From positions 23,986 to 87,985 of the IMG/VR virus record IMGVR_UViG_3300028549_000249: a stretch of DNA of 64,000 nt. One strand, 5' to 3'. The notes below the pieces were generated by a model, which was not told the DNA's origin, made no database searches, and saw only the letters and a program-made list of their open reading frames with translations. Source of the DNA: a virus. Taxonomy: Duplodnaviria; Caudoviricetes. Shown here piece by piece: positions 18,568 through 28,509 of the stretch (its first letter is position 1; each line of letters starts with the position of its first letter). A program made the position numbers and the translations under genes.

Positions 18568-19662
18568 ATGGCTAAGCCCACAAGTAAGCAGGAGTTCCAA
18601 AACGGAACTGAAGTCACGTTCGCAGGTTACGCAGCAGACGCCGAGGGCGGCGAGTTGCGTGCTGGCGATTCTCTAGTCATCCTCGGATTCGATAAGAATG
18701 ATGAGGTCTACAATGTCGAGCGCAAGTCCGACGGGATGAAGGATTCCCTCTACCCCGACGAGTTCACCGTCGCTGCCGCCACCGCTACCGCCAAGAAGGG
18801 TGCCGCGAAAGTTGAAACCAAGGCCGCACCGAAAGCCGAAGCCAAGGCAAAGCCTGAGGCGAAGCCCGTCGTGAAGACCGAGGCGAAAGCTGAAGCGAAG
18901 CCTGCGAAGCCTAACAAGGCTGAGAAGAAGGCCGCTCCTGTCGTGGTCGAGAAAGAGGAAGAAGAAGAAGAGGAAGAAGAAACCTACGTTCCTCAGCCGA
19001 AGTTCAAGGCCACGGTCTCTGTTACCGCTGCGGTCAAAGAAGCTGAGGGCGATTACCTCAAGGCCGCTCATGACCTCGCCGAGAAGGAAGCATGGACCAA
19101 GTTCACGTTCGGTGGCGTTCTCTCGAAGATCAAACGCGAGAACCTCCAAGTGACTATCATGTCAGACGAGAACGATGCGGAAGGAAACCCCATTCCGCTC
19201 TACACCGCTGACCTGTCAGGCTTCAACAGCTACGTCCGCGATGAGTTGAACGTCCATGACCGCAAGGCTCACAGCCTCGTGAACATCTACGAGAAGTTCT
19301 CGCAGATCACGACTGAAGCCAAGCTCAACAAGGTCGGTTGGACCAAGCTCCGCGAGCTGCTCCCTCTCGAACTCGACAAGGAAAACGTGGACGAATGGCT
19401 TACCAAGGCCAAGGACCTCCACACCTCCGACCTCCACGAGAGCGTTACGAAGACGCTTGTGGATTCCGGCACCGAAGTTCATGGTAAACGCCTCATGGCA
19501 GAGCAAGTGTCCTTCAAGTTCATCCTCTTCCAAGATCAGGGTGAAATGCTGAAGGAGGCCCTCGCCGAAGCCAAGAAGGTGATCGGCGAGGAGCAAACCG
19601 ATTCCATGGCGCTCAACCACATCATCACCGAGTGGCTCGGTGCGCTTCAATCGGAAGGTTGA
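18568..19662 (+). CDS. putative DNA-binding protein (small N-terminal domain, Lys/Ala/Pro linker, poly-Glu, HTH-like C-terminus)
   Basis: PKAEAK-type repeats, E9 run, KVGWTKLRELL; own promoter with adjacent palindrome. Confidence 0.6.
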   Translation: MAKPTSKQEFQNGTEVTFAGYAADAEGGELRAGDSLVILGFDKNDEVYNVERKSDGMKDSLYPDEFTVAAATATAKKGAAKVETKAAPKAEAKAKPEAKPVVKTEAKAEAKPAKPNKAEKKAAPVVVEKEEEEEEEEETYVPQPKFKATVSVTAAVKEAEGDYLKAAHDLAEKEAWTKFTFGGVLSKIKRENLQVTIMSDENDAEGNPIPLYTADLSGFNSYVRDELNVHDRKAHSLVNIYEKFSQITTEAKLNKVGWTKLRELLPLELDKENVDEWLTKAKDLHTSDLHESVTKTLVDSGTEVHGKRLMAEQVSFKFILFQDQGEMLKEALAEAKKVIGEEQTDSMALNHIITEWLGALQSEG

Positions 19663-19682
19663 TCCTAACGAAGAGAATAACC

Positions 19683-19720
19683 GGAGGCTCTACCGCTAAC
19701 ATGGTAGGGCCTCCCTTTTA
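19683..19720 (+). terminator. intrinsic terminator
   Basis: GGAGGCTCTACC/GGTAGGGCCTCC stem followed by CTTTTA. Confidence 0.75.
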
Positions 19721-19728
19721 TCAATACT

Positions 19729-20295
19729 ATGAAACTCTTCAATCAATGGAAACAACAGGCCGACCGCCTATATCGTGAGGTCTATATCCCCCACCTAGGC
19801 GACACCGAGCCTCACCGCCATTGCCTGTTCAAGGCGATGAGTGTCATGCTGTCCGCTCCGGTTGCGGAGGGTGCAAACCCCATGTTTCAAGCTGGAACTG
19901 CTAGGTGGAGAATGCAGCCCGATGAGGTTGAGGGTAACACCCACTTCGCCTACAAGTTCATTAAGTCGGAGGCCATCGCGCTTCTCGCCCGTGGTTTCTT
20001 TCCTGAGATGCACTGCTGGGTCTATGACAAAGCTAGCAACTGGATCATCGATATGTCCGCGCCAGATCAGCCGAAGCAGGCGGAGTCGATAATTGGCTGC
20101 CAATGGTCGCCGAAGCTCCTCCCCTTGCCGACCTTCGAGATCGTGCAGGTTGATTCAACCCCTCAGGACAGATTCGCTTATCAGGCTGACGGCTTTGCGA
20201 TGCAAGTCGCCTTCGACCTCATCCGTCAGTTTCATTCTGAGATTGGTATCTCAGTCCCTAACATAAGGAGGGAGTATGCCAAAGTCCCCGCCTAG
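19729..20295 (+). CDS. hypothetical protein, possible Cys-His-Asp (papain/transglutaminase-like) fold
   Basis: HCLF, PEMHCW, IID in that order. Confidence 0.45.
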   Translation: MKLFNQWKQQADRLYREVYIPHLGDTEPHRHCLFKAMSVMLSAPVAEGANPMFQAGTARWRMQPDEVEGNTHFAYKFIKSEAIALLARGFFPEMHCWVYDKASNWIIDMSAPDQPKQAESIIGCQWSPKLLPLPTFEIVQVDSTPQDRFAYQADGFAMQVAFDLIRQFHSEIGISVPNIRREYAKVPA

Positions 20296-20812
20296 CAGCG
20301 AAAGGCTAGAGCATGATGACCCTTCAGTCATTGTGGTTTACACCGATGGCTCATGTTGGCCAAACCCGAATGGTCTGGGAGGATGGTCCTTCTTCTGCTC
20401 ATACTTGTCCAAGCATGCAATCCGCTACGGATTCAGCGAGTCATCGACAAATAATGAGATGGAGTTGATGGCAATCCTTCACGCACTCCGCTACGTTCCG
20501 ATCACCGACTCGCCGCTGGTGATCTACACCGACTCCAAGTATTGCAGGAATGCGATAACAGATTGGGTTATTGGCTGGAAGGAATCGGGGTGGAAGACCG
20601 CAAGTGGTAGCGATGTCAAGAACCTAGAAATCATCCAAGAGATCCACAACCTGTTCAACCATCACCTGTCGCACAGGCGGCTGGAGCTTAGATGGGTGCG
20701 TGGTCATTCTGGGATACCTGAGAATGAGTTAGTTGATCAGTGGGCTAACCACGGAAGAACTAACCAAGAGACTAACTGGAAACGATCTGACCACCGAACA
20801 AAATGTCCCTGA
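20276..20812 (+). CDS. rnhA: ribonuclease HI
   Basis: YTDGSC, TNNEMELMA, YTDSKY, WVRGHSG...NELVD. Confidence 0.95.
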   Translation: MPKSPPSSERLEHDDPSVIVVYTDGSCWPNPNGLGGWSFFCSYLSKHAIRYGFSESSTNNEMELMAILHALRYVPITDSPLVIYTDSKYCRNAITDWVIGWKESGWKTASGSDVKNLEIIQEIHNLFNHHLSHRRLELRWVRGHSGIPENELVDQWANHGRTNQETNWKRSDHRTKCP

Positions 20813-22269
20813 AACATCCACCATTCGACCTCGACACGCTCGACCTGACTTACCTCCACAACGGGAAAAACACCAAGCAGATCCAGTGTGCTCACCTATC
20901 AATTTACCTCACCGCTTTGCTCACGCTCTCACATGGCCGAAGAGACTTGGTAGAGCTGGCTACGCTTTGGGCTTACTCGGCCTGCAAGGTGAACCTGTCG
21001 CCCGCGATCCAAGGCAAGTATCTTAGCGTGCAGACGGCTCAGGACTTCTACAATGGACTCCTAGATGAGATCCTTAGCCGTGGCGCGTCCGCAATGGTCC
21101 CTACGACCTATGGTGCTGACTCAGAGTTCAACGTGTGCTCCGTTCTCGTTAAGGCGGCTGCCGCCGTCCCAGATGAAGGGGCACCCGACTCCATGGGTTC
21201 AATGCTGGCAAAGGCAGGCATCACCAAAGATCAGGATGAGGTGTTCAAGTTCATAGGCAAGCTGTCGGGCGTCTCTGCCTATCTTGTCCGGCTGGTCCTC
21301 GAAGCCTGCCACTCGCCGACTGCCTACAAGGAAAGGATGACGGAAGCCTATCAGCTTGTGAATGAGGCGCTCCCCTCCACGTTCACTGGCTTGCCTACTA
21401 GCTTACTCAAGGTCGTGGCTGCATTGCAGTTTAAGACTTCACTCAAGGATGCGTGGGACGCTGCGGTTCCGGTGTTTTGCGGTAGTGCCGTGGACCTTCC
21501 ACCTGCACTCAAGAATACCAAACCACAGGCTAGGCGCGATAGGAGATGGAAGAGCGGGGACCTTGACGAGAAGCACATCGAGCTGAGGGATGTCCTAGCT
21601 GATAGGGAAGTTTCCGAGGCGTGCGCCGTCCTGTGTGAATCGTTCCAAGGGAAGCCTCAACACTCCATCCTGCTGGGGGCAACGGCAGCGGCGTTAGGTT
21701 ACATCCGACACAATTACGCTCAGTTTCTTCCGATGACTTTCATGTCACCGGAGGCATTCAAGAAATTCGAGGAGGACGGTAGGACAAAATCGGTCTGGGA
21801 GATCGCCGACAACGAAGGCATTGAGAATACGTGGCACCACCGACACTCCGATGCCCCGCTTAACGGTAGGGCGATCACTGACAAGAGGCTTTACGGTGAG
21901 CGCGGTGATTGGATTACCCATGGGGTAATTACTCACAGAGGGATGACCGACCAGATAGGGACCCTCGCCTCCATGTATGGGAAGATCGCGATCACTTGGC
22001 GTCCGCACATCCTCGCGTTCTCTACGGTGTGCGTCAATGATTCCACCTGCGCACCTTTCGTGTTCCCCGCTGATAGGCGAAACCTAGATAGGCTCCTGCT
22101 TCCATGGGTGATGGCGAAGATGATGAACTGGGACGTTGCGCACAAACAGCTAGGTGCTCACATAGTTTATCCGTTCGCTGGCGTGCAGTCCTACCCTAAC
22201 TTTGTGGAGTTCCAAGCTCATGCAAACCTTACCCTTAAGGACGTTCTCGACGTCATGGACCTCTGCTAG
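20803..22269 (+). CDS. hypothetical protein (488 aa)
   Basis: Long ORF overlapping rnhA; no family recognised. Confidence 0.75.
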   Translation: MSLKHPPFDLDTLDLTYLHNGKNTKQIQCAHLSIYLTALLTLSHGRRDLVELATLWAYSACKVNLSPAIQGKYLSVQTAQDFYNGLLDEILSRGASAMVPTTYGADSEFNVCSVLVKAAAAVPDEGAPDSMGSMLAKAGITKDQDEVFKFIGKLSGVSAYLVRLVLEACHSPTAYKERMTEAYQLVNEALPSTFTGLPTSLLKVVAALQFKTSLKDAWDAAVPVFCGSAVDLPPALKNTKPQARRDRRWKSGDLDEKHIELRDVLADREVSEACAVLCESFQGKPQHSILLGATAAALGYIRHNYAQFLPMTFMSPEAFKKFEEDGRTKSVWEIADNEGIENTWHHRHSDAPLNGRAITDKRLYGERGDWITHGVITHRGMTDQIGTLASMYGKIAITWRPHILAFSTVCVNDSTCAPFVFPADRRNLDRLLLPWVMAKMMNWDVAHKQLGAHIVYPFAGVQSYPNFVEFQAHANLTLKDVLDVMDLC

Positions 22270-22316
22270 AATATCCTTGCAAAGGTTTCGGCTTTAGCTA
22301 TACTAGGGTCAAGCGA

Positions 22317-23078
22317 ATGAAAGTAACTCCACAACTCGAAAAAGAACTAGCTCAGCTAAGGGACTGCATCGGCAATCCACCTTCAGACTACAAAGGTCTG
22401 TTAGAGATCCTCCCCGAGTCGCTGCGACCGTTCCTGTCCTTCGACTCGAAGTTGGGATGGGCGATGCTCAGGCATCCACTACTCTACTGCGTCCCTTTCC
22501 TCGGCCACAAATTTCAGCTTGATCAGATCACCCATAGAATCCCTATGCGTGAAGCCAAGATAAAGGAGTGCGCGGAGAAGGGTGACCTTGAGTCTATCAT
22601 CTACTTGCACGAGAGACCATACCGTGTGAACGCCCTGTTCAGCTACCGCCATGTAACGGCCAAGCTGAGCGATCCGCTTGCCGCCTTCTACACGGAAGTT
22701 GGTTCAGTCTGGATCGACTCCGAAAACATCTGGCAGGATAAGTCCGGCTGGTCCTCGGTGTGGGAGGAGGTTGCCAAGTCAGGCAAGGCCCACTTAACCA
22801 TGGAGGAGAGTGACCGTGAATTTTTGACCGTCGTTCAAAATAGCGCGGTGGAGGGCCGCATCAGAGTATTTCGAGGCGCAGTCCGAGGACGAAACCATCG
22901 TGGCTTGTCGTGGACAGTTGACCGGAAGATGGCTGCGTGGTTCTCTAAGCGTCTGCAAGACGGCAGGGTGTTCGAGCTGTCCGTCCCTCCCGATAATATC
23001 ATTGCCGGATTCAATGGCAGAAAAGAATCAGAGGTCGTGATCGACCCAAACTTTATCAGAAGAGCAAAACTAACCTAA
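22317..23078 (+). CDS. putative ADP-ribosyltransferase (R-S-E class)
   Basis: VFRG, LSWT..A.WFSKR, RKESEVVI. Confidence 0.55.
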   Translation: MKVTPQLEKELAQLRDCIGNPPSDYKGLLEILPESLRPFLSFDSKLGWAMLRHPLLYCVPFLGHKFQLDQITHRIPMREAKIKECAEKGDLESIIYLHERPYRVNALFSYRHVTAKLSDPLAAFYTEVGSVWIDSENIWQDKSGWSSVWEEVAKSGKAHLTMEESDREFLTVVQNSAVEGRIRVFRGAVRGRNHRGLSWTVDRKMAAWFSKRLQDGRVFELSVPPDNIIAGFNGRKESEVVIDPNFIRRAKLT

Positions 23079-23082
23079 CAAC

Positions 23083-23448
23083 ATGAGCTACGAACCAATA
23101 AAGACCGAGTTTCAATACGGCGGTGATGACCTGAAGCAGATAACCCGCGATGGCGACTGGGCAGTATACTCTCGGATAACTCCCGGAATCAAAGACCCCA
23201 AGACAGCGTTTGAGGTCGTGATCATTCAACGAAGAGAGGAGAAGGTTTTCGAGAAGAAGGTTGACGGCAAGGTTCAGCGCGATGTCTATCCACCAGCCGA
23301 AGTCTATCCGTCTTCTAGTCAGTGGGGTCTGTTCGGGTGGACCTACATGGGAGACGAAGCGGGAGCCATCAAATACATGCGAGACAAGATGACTGCGAGA
23401 TCCGTGGTCTCTGTAGCAATCCGCAAGCGTGAAAGGATAGTGCTATGA
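23083..23448 (+). CDS. hypothetical protein
   Basis: YPSSSQWGLFGWTY; basic tail IRKRERIVL. Confidence 0.7.
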   Translation: MSYEPIKTEFQYGGDDLKQITRDGDWAVYSRITPGIKDPKTAFEVVIIQRREEKVFEKKVDGKVQRDVYPPAEVYPSSSQWGLFGWTYMGDEAGAIKYMRDKMTARSVVSVAIRKRERIVL

Positions 23449-24026
23449 GGCTCTCTATCACTCCAGTCCACAACTCGAAGTATGAGATCGGCGTGTTCAT
23501 CCTCGCTTCCGTCATGGTCCTAGAGCCGATAGCTAAGCGATACGGGTTCGAGGCTCTGGGGCCTAACCCCGCACTCACAATCGACGCGCTGCTCAACATC
23601 CTCCGTTGCTGTGCCGCCACCGTCCTAGTGCTGGATCTGGTTCTGTTCTTCATCACGGATACCGTGTATCGAAACCTATCAGAATACATCACTTGGCTGG
23701 CTGTTCACGCCGAGCTTAGCCAGAATGCGGAAGCCATAGCTCGTGTGGAGTTCGAGAGGGAGAGGATTTCATCTAACAACTTTCTCGTCACTCTAGCCCA
23801 CAACGCGGAGTATGGGGCCAGTGAGGATCGCAGGGTGTCGCTTCAGATCGGCGTTATGTGCACCATCTTCTCCTGCCTCCTGTTTATGGATGCAGGGAAG
23901 CCGTGGGAGTGTGCATGGTGGATAGGAGCACTCGCGCTCCGGTTCTTGGTGATAGCAATAGCACAGTCCGCTTTCCGAGAAGCTCACGACATAGCCACGG
24001 CGCTATTCGAGGACTCTAACAGTTGA
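23445..24026 (+). CDS. membrane protein
   Basis: About four hydrophobic segments. Confidence 0.65.
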   Translation: MRLSITPVHNSKYEIGVFILASVMVLEPIAKRYGFEALGPNPALTIDALLNILRCCAATVLVLDLVLFFITDTVYRNLSEYITWLAVHAELSQNAEAIARVEFERERISSNNFLVTLAHNAEYGASEDRRVSLQIGVMCTIFSCLLFMDAGKPWECAWWIGALALRFLVIAIAQSAFREAHDIATALFEDSNS

Positions 24027-24069
24027 AATAATCCTTGCAAAGGTTTCAGCTTTAGTTCATCCTACGTGT

Positions 24070-24843
24070 ATGGCAACTCAAACACCACAATTCCTGCCAG
24101 TCTACTTCCGCTACGGCCTGTGTGCAGTCTACCCTTCGGATAAGGTCTACTTTGTCTGTGTGATCGCTTGCGGAACCGATCCCGGAGACAAGCTGTCCGA
24201 CGGCACTCCGTTCACCCCTAAGTTCATCGGGGTGATTGGTTTCGGCAGACGGACTGTAATGGAGGACGCCTTCAAGTCATCCATGGGTAAGGCCATCCAC
24301 CACAAAATAATTACAGGTGGCTACTCGAATATCAGCCCTACGTTTGAGGATCTTTGCTGCGTCGGCGCTGGGATCATCGACATGACTCAGCATTGCTCCA
24401 AGCCGATTGTAACCTCCTCACCATCTAACGAAGAAGCAAGCTCCTATGCCCTAGCGAGCGTGTTGTCAGATCGGCTAGGCACCAAGTTGAAGACTGGATA
24501 CCATGCAGGCGGCTGGGCACTCGGCAACGGGATCTCTCAGGTTAGCGCAAGCGTCCTGTCCTCCTTTGGTAACATATTCCCGACCTTGGGTCTGTGTATG
24601 AACCGATTGAAGGGCAGCACGGTTCATAAACCTTCCAGCCTCGAAACCCATATGGATATGAGTAAGATCATCACCAAGGCAACGAATGTGCAGAAAGTTT
24701 ACGATGTCAAGATGGGGACTACCTACGAGGGAAGCTTACTGAAAGCCGCTTACCCTGCGTGGACTCAGGTAACCAAGGAGAAGTCAGCCCCACCCAAAAC
24801 ACTGAAGGATAACCCACGCAAGAGAAGGCGTGTGATCGAATAA
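24070..24843 (+). CDS. hypothetical protein (leaderless start; tail shared with 52362..53189)
   Basis: ATG 6 nt after -10 box; ends PPKTLKDNPRKRRRVIE. Confidence 0.75.
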   Translation: MATQTPQFLPVYFRYGLCAVYPSDKVYFVCVIACGTDPGDKLSDGTPFTPKFIGVIGFGRRTVMEDAFKSSMGKAIHHKIITGGYSNISPTFEDLCCVGAGIIDMTQHCSKPIVTSSPSNEEASSYALASVLSDRLGTKLKTGYHAGGWALGNGISQVSASVLSSFGNIFPTLGLCMNRLKGSTVHKPSSLETHMDMSKIITKATNVQKVYDVKMGTTYEGSLLKAAYPAWTQVTKEKSAPPKTLKDNPRKRRRVIE

Positions 24844-24855
24844 CCTAACACCACA

Positions 24856-25488
24856 ATGAAACGCAAGAGGACCATAACTGATGAGATGAGGATTGCCTTG
24901 GATGCCGCCCTCAAGGACCCTACTAATCTAACAGAGAGGCAGATCGAAATAATCGAGGAGATGAAGCCTCGTCAGCTCAGACCGTGTGGGGCATGCACGA
25001 TGTGTTGCCGCGCTCCCACTATCGACGAAACTCTGATCAAAGCTGGTGACGTCATGGAGCCTAAGCCTCATGGCGTAACCTGCCAGTATTGCAACCTCAA
25101 GTCGGGATGCAATCGCTACGAGACCAGACCCTCAACCTGCAAAGGCTACGAATGCCTGTGGGGTCTCGGAATGATACCGGAGGAGCACTTCCCTGAGACT
25201 GTCGGTGTGTGCTGGACGCTACAGCCAACTCAAGATGAATCAGGGCTGATAGTGATGGGACATTGTTTCGATGTCGGAGCCGTCCTACATCACGAGCTAA
25301 CCCCTAACCTCGTGAATCACTTCTTCAGCAACGACATGATCAGCGCCGTTACTCTCCGGTCTGATAAAGAAGTCGTGGCGCTCTTGCCGTCTGGAATCAT
25401 CGCCCACGCTGAGATCGATCAGGATGATCCGATGAGGATGCGTGTTGATGCCTCAACCGAACACCTCTCCCGCTTCTCCATTGAGTGA
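24856..25488 (+). CDS. YkgJ/UPF0153-like CxxCxxCC cysteine-cluster protein
   Basis: CGACTMCC, CQYC...GCNRYETRPSTCKGYECLW. Confidence 0.75.
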   Translation: MKRKRTITDEMRIALDAALKDPTNLTERQIEIIEEMKPRQLRPCGACTMCCRAPTIDETLIKAGDVMEPKPHGVTCQYCNLKSGCNRYETRPSTCKGYECLWGLGMIPEEHFPETVGVCWTLQPTQDESGLIVMGHCFDVGAVLHHELTPNLVNHFFSNDMISAVTLRSDKEVVALLPSGIIAHAEIDQDDPMRMRVDASTEHLSRFSIE

Positions 25489-25564
25489 TTTGACCATCGG
25501 TCAAATTCTTCTAACAGTTCAAATAATCCTTACAAAGGTTCCAGCTTTAGCCAATCATCAGATC

Positions 25565-25762
25565 ATGTCCAACATAATCCCATTCCCCTCCTCGTCTAAG
25601 CCTGAGGTGCTCTTCAATTTTGAGTTCATCTATGACGGTGCGGTGAGCACCCACAGCTTCAAAGGGGAGAATCGGTGGTTCGCCGCTGTCAGAGCTAACA
25701 CCTTTGCATCACTCATGGCTCAACGCCTCCACACCGCTGTCTTCATTCTCCATTCTAACTAA
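25565..25762 (+). CDS. small hypothetical protein (leaderless)
   Basis: MSNIIPF start 6 nt after -10 box. Confidence 0.6.
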   Translation: MSNIIPFPSSSKPEVLFNFEFIYDGAVSTHSFKGENRWFAAVRANTFASLMAQRLHTAVFILHSN

Positions 25763-25770
25763 ACACCACA

Positions 25771-26727
25771 ATGCAATTCATCGTTACACTAACAAGCCGA
25801 GTCCAGAAATACATCAACTATGCGACTCCCGCCCTTGCCGCCGCGTGTAAGAAACTCAAGTTCGACATCGTTCAGATCAAGTTCGATGGGTGGTGGGCAC
25901 GGATCGTGATCAAGAACGGAGTGGCTCAGATCTTCTCTCGCCAGAACCAGCTCAAGGATACATTCCCCGCTGAAGGCGTCGCTGATATGGTTCTCCTTGG
26001 AGAGTATCTTAAGGGGACCAACAGGAGCACCTCTGATGCGTCCGCAGCCGACGTCGGTGGCGTGGTGATGGTGTTCGACGCACTACACTTCGGGAAGGAT
26101 GGATTCATCAACCTGCCTTACCGTGATCGTCACGATGCTCTGGTCAAAGCCAAGGCGGGTGGGTTGCTCCCTGAGTGGTGCCGCACCGTCATGTCGTGGG
26201 ATACTAACATGGCAGACAAACTCTGGGAGATGGACGTCGTAGCTTGTGGTGCCGAGGGCCTCGTCTTCCGCCGCTCCGAGGACAACTACCTCGACGCAAC
26301 GATTGGTCGGGTCAAGCAGGAGTTTAGTGTTGACTATGTAATAATGGGGTTCACCGAAGGTGGAGGCAAGCGAGCCAAGATGGCTGGCAACCTGATAGGC
26401 GGCCTATACGTCCCGTCCCTCTCGTTTGCAGAGGCCGCAGAGATTAGGGCGAAGTTCATCGCCAAGAACCCGAACGTGAAAGGGTGGACTGTGTATGGTC
26501 GCTCGAAGTTGGTTCCTAAGGTGAGCATCGGTGGTGGGTTCAACGACAGCGAGATGAAGGACCAGTTCGATAACTTCAGGAAGTATGCTGGTAGGGTGCT
26601 CGAAGTGAAGGGATGGCAGATTTTCGAGTCCGGTGCGATGCGCCATCCGAATGCTGTTAGAGAATCTAACGGGTCGATTAAGTGGCGCGATGATAAGTCG
26701 ATTTACGAGTGTGTTTGGGATAGCTGA
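25771..26727 (+). CDS. lig: ATP-dependent DNA ligase
   Basis: QIKFDG, LGEY, VFDAL, EGLVFR, RVK..DYVIMG, GGGF, MRHP..WRDDK. Confidence 0.9.
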   Translation: MQFIVTLTSRVQKYINYATPALAAACKKLKFDIVQIKFDGWWARIVIKNGVAQIFSRQNQLKDTFPAEGVADMVLLGEYLKGTNRSTSDASAADVGGVVMVFDALHFGKDGFINLPYRDRHDALVKAKAGGLLPEWCRTVMSWDTNMADKLWEMDVVACGAEGLVFRRSEDNYLDATIGRVKQEFSVDYVIMGFTEGGGKRAKMAGNLIGGLYVPSLSFAEAAEIRAKFIAKNPNVKGWTVYGRSKLVPKVSIGGGFNDSEMKDQFDNFRKYAGRVLEVKGWQIFESGAMRHPNAVRESNGSIKWRDDKSIYECVWDS

Positions 26728-26839
26728 GAAGCATCCCTAACAGAAATGCGTGTTTCGCGCTATGTTTTCCGAGGTAGAAAATCTTTCTAACAGTTGATTT
26801 TTTCGTTGCAAAGGTTTGTGTCGTGGGGTAGTCTCTTAC

Positions 26840-27280
26840 ATGTCAGGGGGCGATGCCCCGAATCGAATCCGAAATCACCACAATCCGATGAAATCGAACA
26901 CCACAAAACTCCTCCCATCCACCACGATCAAAGCAGCTCACACCCTCCGCAAAGAGATTGCTGAGAAGCACGGCGTGTCAGTCAAGTCTATCGCTTGGAA
27001 AGGCTGCATACGCGCAGTCGGTTGCAAGGGCCGCAAGAACATCGTTGACGCATGGAACTATCAGCTTGGCTCAATCGGCTTCAAAGTGAATCAGTTCCTC
27101 TGGTCAGCCGAGTGCCCCGTTGCTTTCACAATCCGCGACGTCGCCGACGCAACTGGATTCACGCTTGACCAACTCACACCGACCTTCGCTTTCCATGAGA
27201 GCTATGGCCACGTTCGCAATAACCGTGGATGGATGAGCGTTGTTGCCTCGCATCGCCCTTTCGCCCACCCCTTTGCTTGA
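26840..27280 (+). CDS. hypothetical protein
   Basis: ATG 5 nt after TAGTCT -10 box; alternative start 26888. Confidence 0.6.
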   Translation: MSGGDAPNRIRNHHNPMKSNTTKLLPSTTIKAAHTLRKEIAEKHGVSVKSIAWKGCIRAVGCKGRKNIVDAWNYQLGSIGFKVNQFLWSAECPVAFTIRDVADATGFTLDQLTPTFAFHESYGHVRNNRGWMSVVASHRPFAHPFA

Positions 27281-27315
27281 TCCTCAAACACCACTAACAA
27301 CTAGGAAACACCACC

Positions 27316-27963
27316 ATGAAACTCCAGAACCCAAAGGACAGCGCGATCATCGAGTCGCCATTTGATTCCCACTCCGACGCCGCCGCCAAACTCAACGAGC
27401 GGATTTCCGCAGGCGAGTTCCGCGACGCCACCTTCGCTACCAGCATCGCCACCTCTAAGTGCTACTCCGCCTCTCAGGCGTTCTGGCTGCACAAGCTCGC
27501 CATGGGTCGCCAACCTCAGGTCGCCGTTGCTAACGGATTGGACATGAGCGGACTGAAGGCCATCTTCGCCAAGGCATCCGCGCACCTGAAGTATCCCGCC
27601 ATCCTCCTCGCGGTAGGTGACGCCATCGTGAAGCTCTCACTCGCGGGTCCCCGCTCGCAACACCAAGGGCAGGTGATGGTGACCTCACCTAAGTATGGCG
27701 ACGCCTACTACGGACGAGTCGATCACGAAGGAAACTTCTATCAGGGCAAGGACAACTCGCCAGCAGTTCAGGCTATGGTTCGCCGGATGTCCGAAGATCC
27801 AGTTGCCACCGCCAAGGAGTTCGCTCGCCTAACGGGTAAGTGCTGCTTCTGCGGGTTGACCTTGAAAGATGAAAGATCAACATCAGTTGGTTACGGTAGC
27901 ACATGTGCAGATCATTTTGGGCTGCCATGGGGTAACGTCATCCGCAACCGGGCTTCTGAATAA
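27316..27963 (+). CDS. DUF6011-domain zinc-finger protein
   Basis: CCFCGLTLKDERSTSVGYGSTC. Confidence 0.7.
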   Translation: MKLQNPKDSAIIESPFDSHSDAAAKLNERISAGEFRDATFATSIATSKCYSASQAFWLHKLAMGRQPQVAVANGLDMSGLKAIFAKASAHLKYPAILLAVGDAIVKLSLAGPRSQHQGQVMVTSPKYGDAYYGRVDHEGNFYQGKDNSPAVQAMVRRMSEDPVATAKEFARLTGKCCFCGLTLKDERSTSVGYGSTCADHFGLPWGNVIRNRASE

Positions 27964-27992
27964 CACCTTGAGGTGTGGTGCCTCAACACAAA

Positions 27993-28035
27993 GCCTACCT
28001 TCTCGGATGTGGTGTCTGGGGGGTAGGCGTTTTTT
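27993..28035 (+). terminator. intrinsic terminator abutting a 17-bp palindrome
   Basis: GCCTACC...GGTAGGC followed by GTTTTTT. Confidence 0.65.
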
Positions 28036-28089
28036 GACCATCGGTCAAATTGGCTTGACCATTCCTTACTCATACTTAATCCTTCGCCT

Positions 28090-28509
28090 GTGCTACCACC
28101 TACGTTCCCATTCACTGCTGAGGGCATCAGAGATTTCGTTGACTCCCATCCTTGGAAGTTTGCAAAGACAATGCCATGGTGCCCGCACGAGTATCTTGTT
28201 AGGGACAAGAGTCGGAGGGATAGCGAGTTCCTCGACTTCATCGCCGCCATCCGTGAGTTCGGCTACGACGACACCTACATGGGAAAACCACGAGGCAAGC
28301 TCTTCCGCTACATGGACTTTGAAGGCATGAAGTATTGGACCATGGGTTGCGCCCTTGACGTAACGGTGGTCCTGAACCGCGCCGAGATTGAATGGGTGCC
28401 ACGCCCGATTGTTAGGAATCCGAAGCCATGGGTGGTCCTAGGCTGGGACGGCGACGATGATCCTGCTCAGGTCGCCCACTACCGCAGAGTGAGAGGAATG
28501 AAGCCATGA
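28090..28509 (+). CDS. hypothetical protein, first gene of modification operon (GTG, leaderless)
   Basis: WKFAKTMPWCPHEY..YWTMG..LNRA; TTGACC-17-AATCCT-6-GTG. Confidence 0.7.
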   Translation: MLPPTFPFTAEGIRDFVDSHPWKFAKTMPWCPHEYLVRDKSRRDSEFLDFIAAIREFGYDDTYMGKPRGKLFRYMDFEGMKYWTMGCALDVTVVLNRAEIEWVPRPIVRNPKPWVVLGWDGDDDPAQVAHYRRVRGMKP

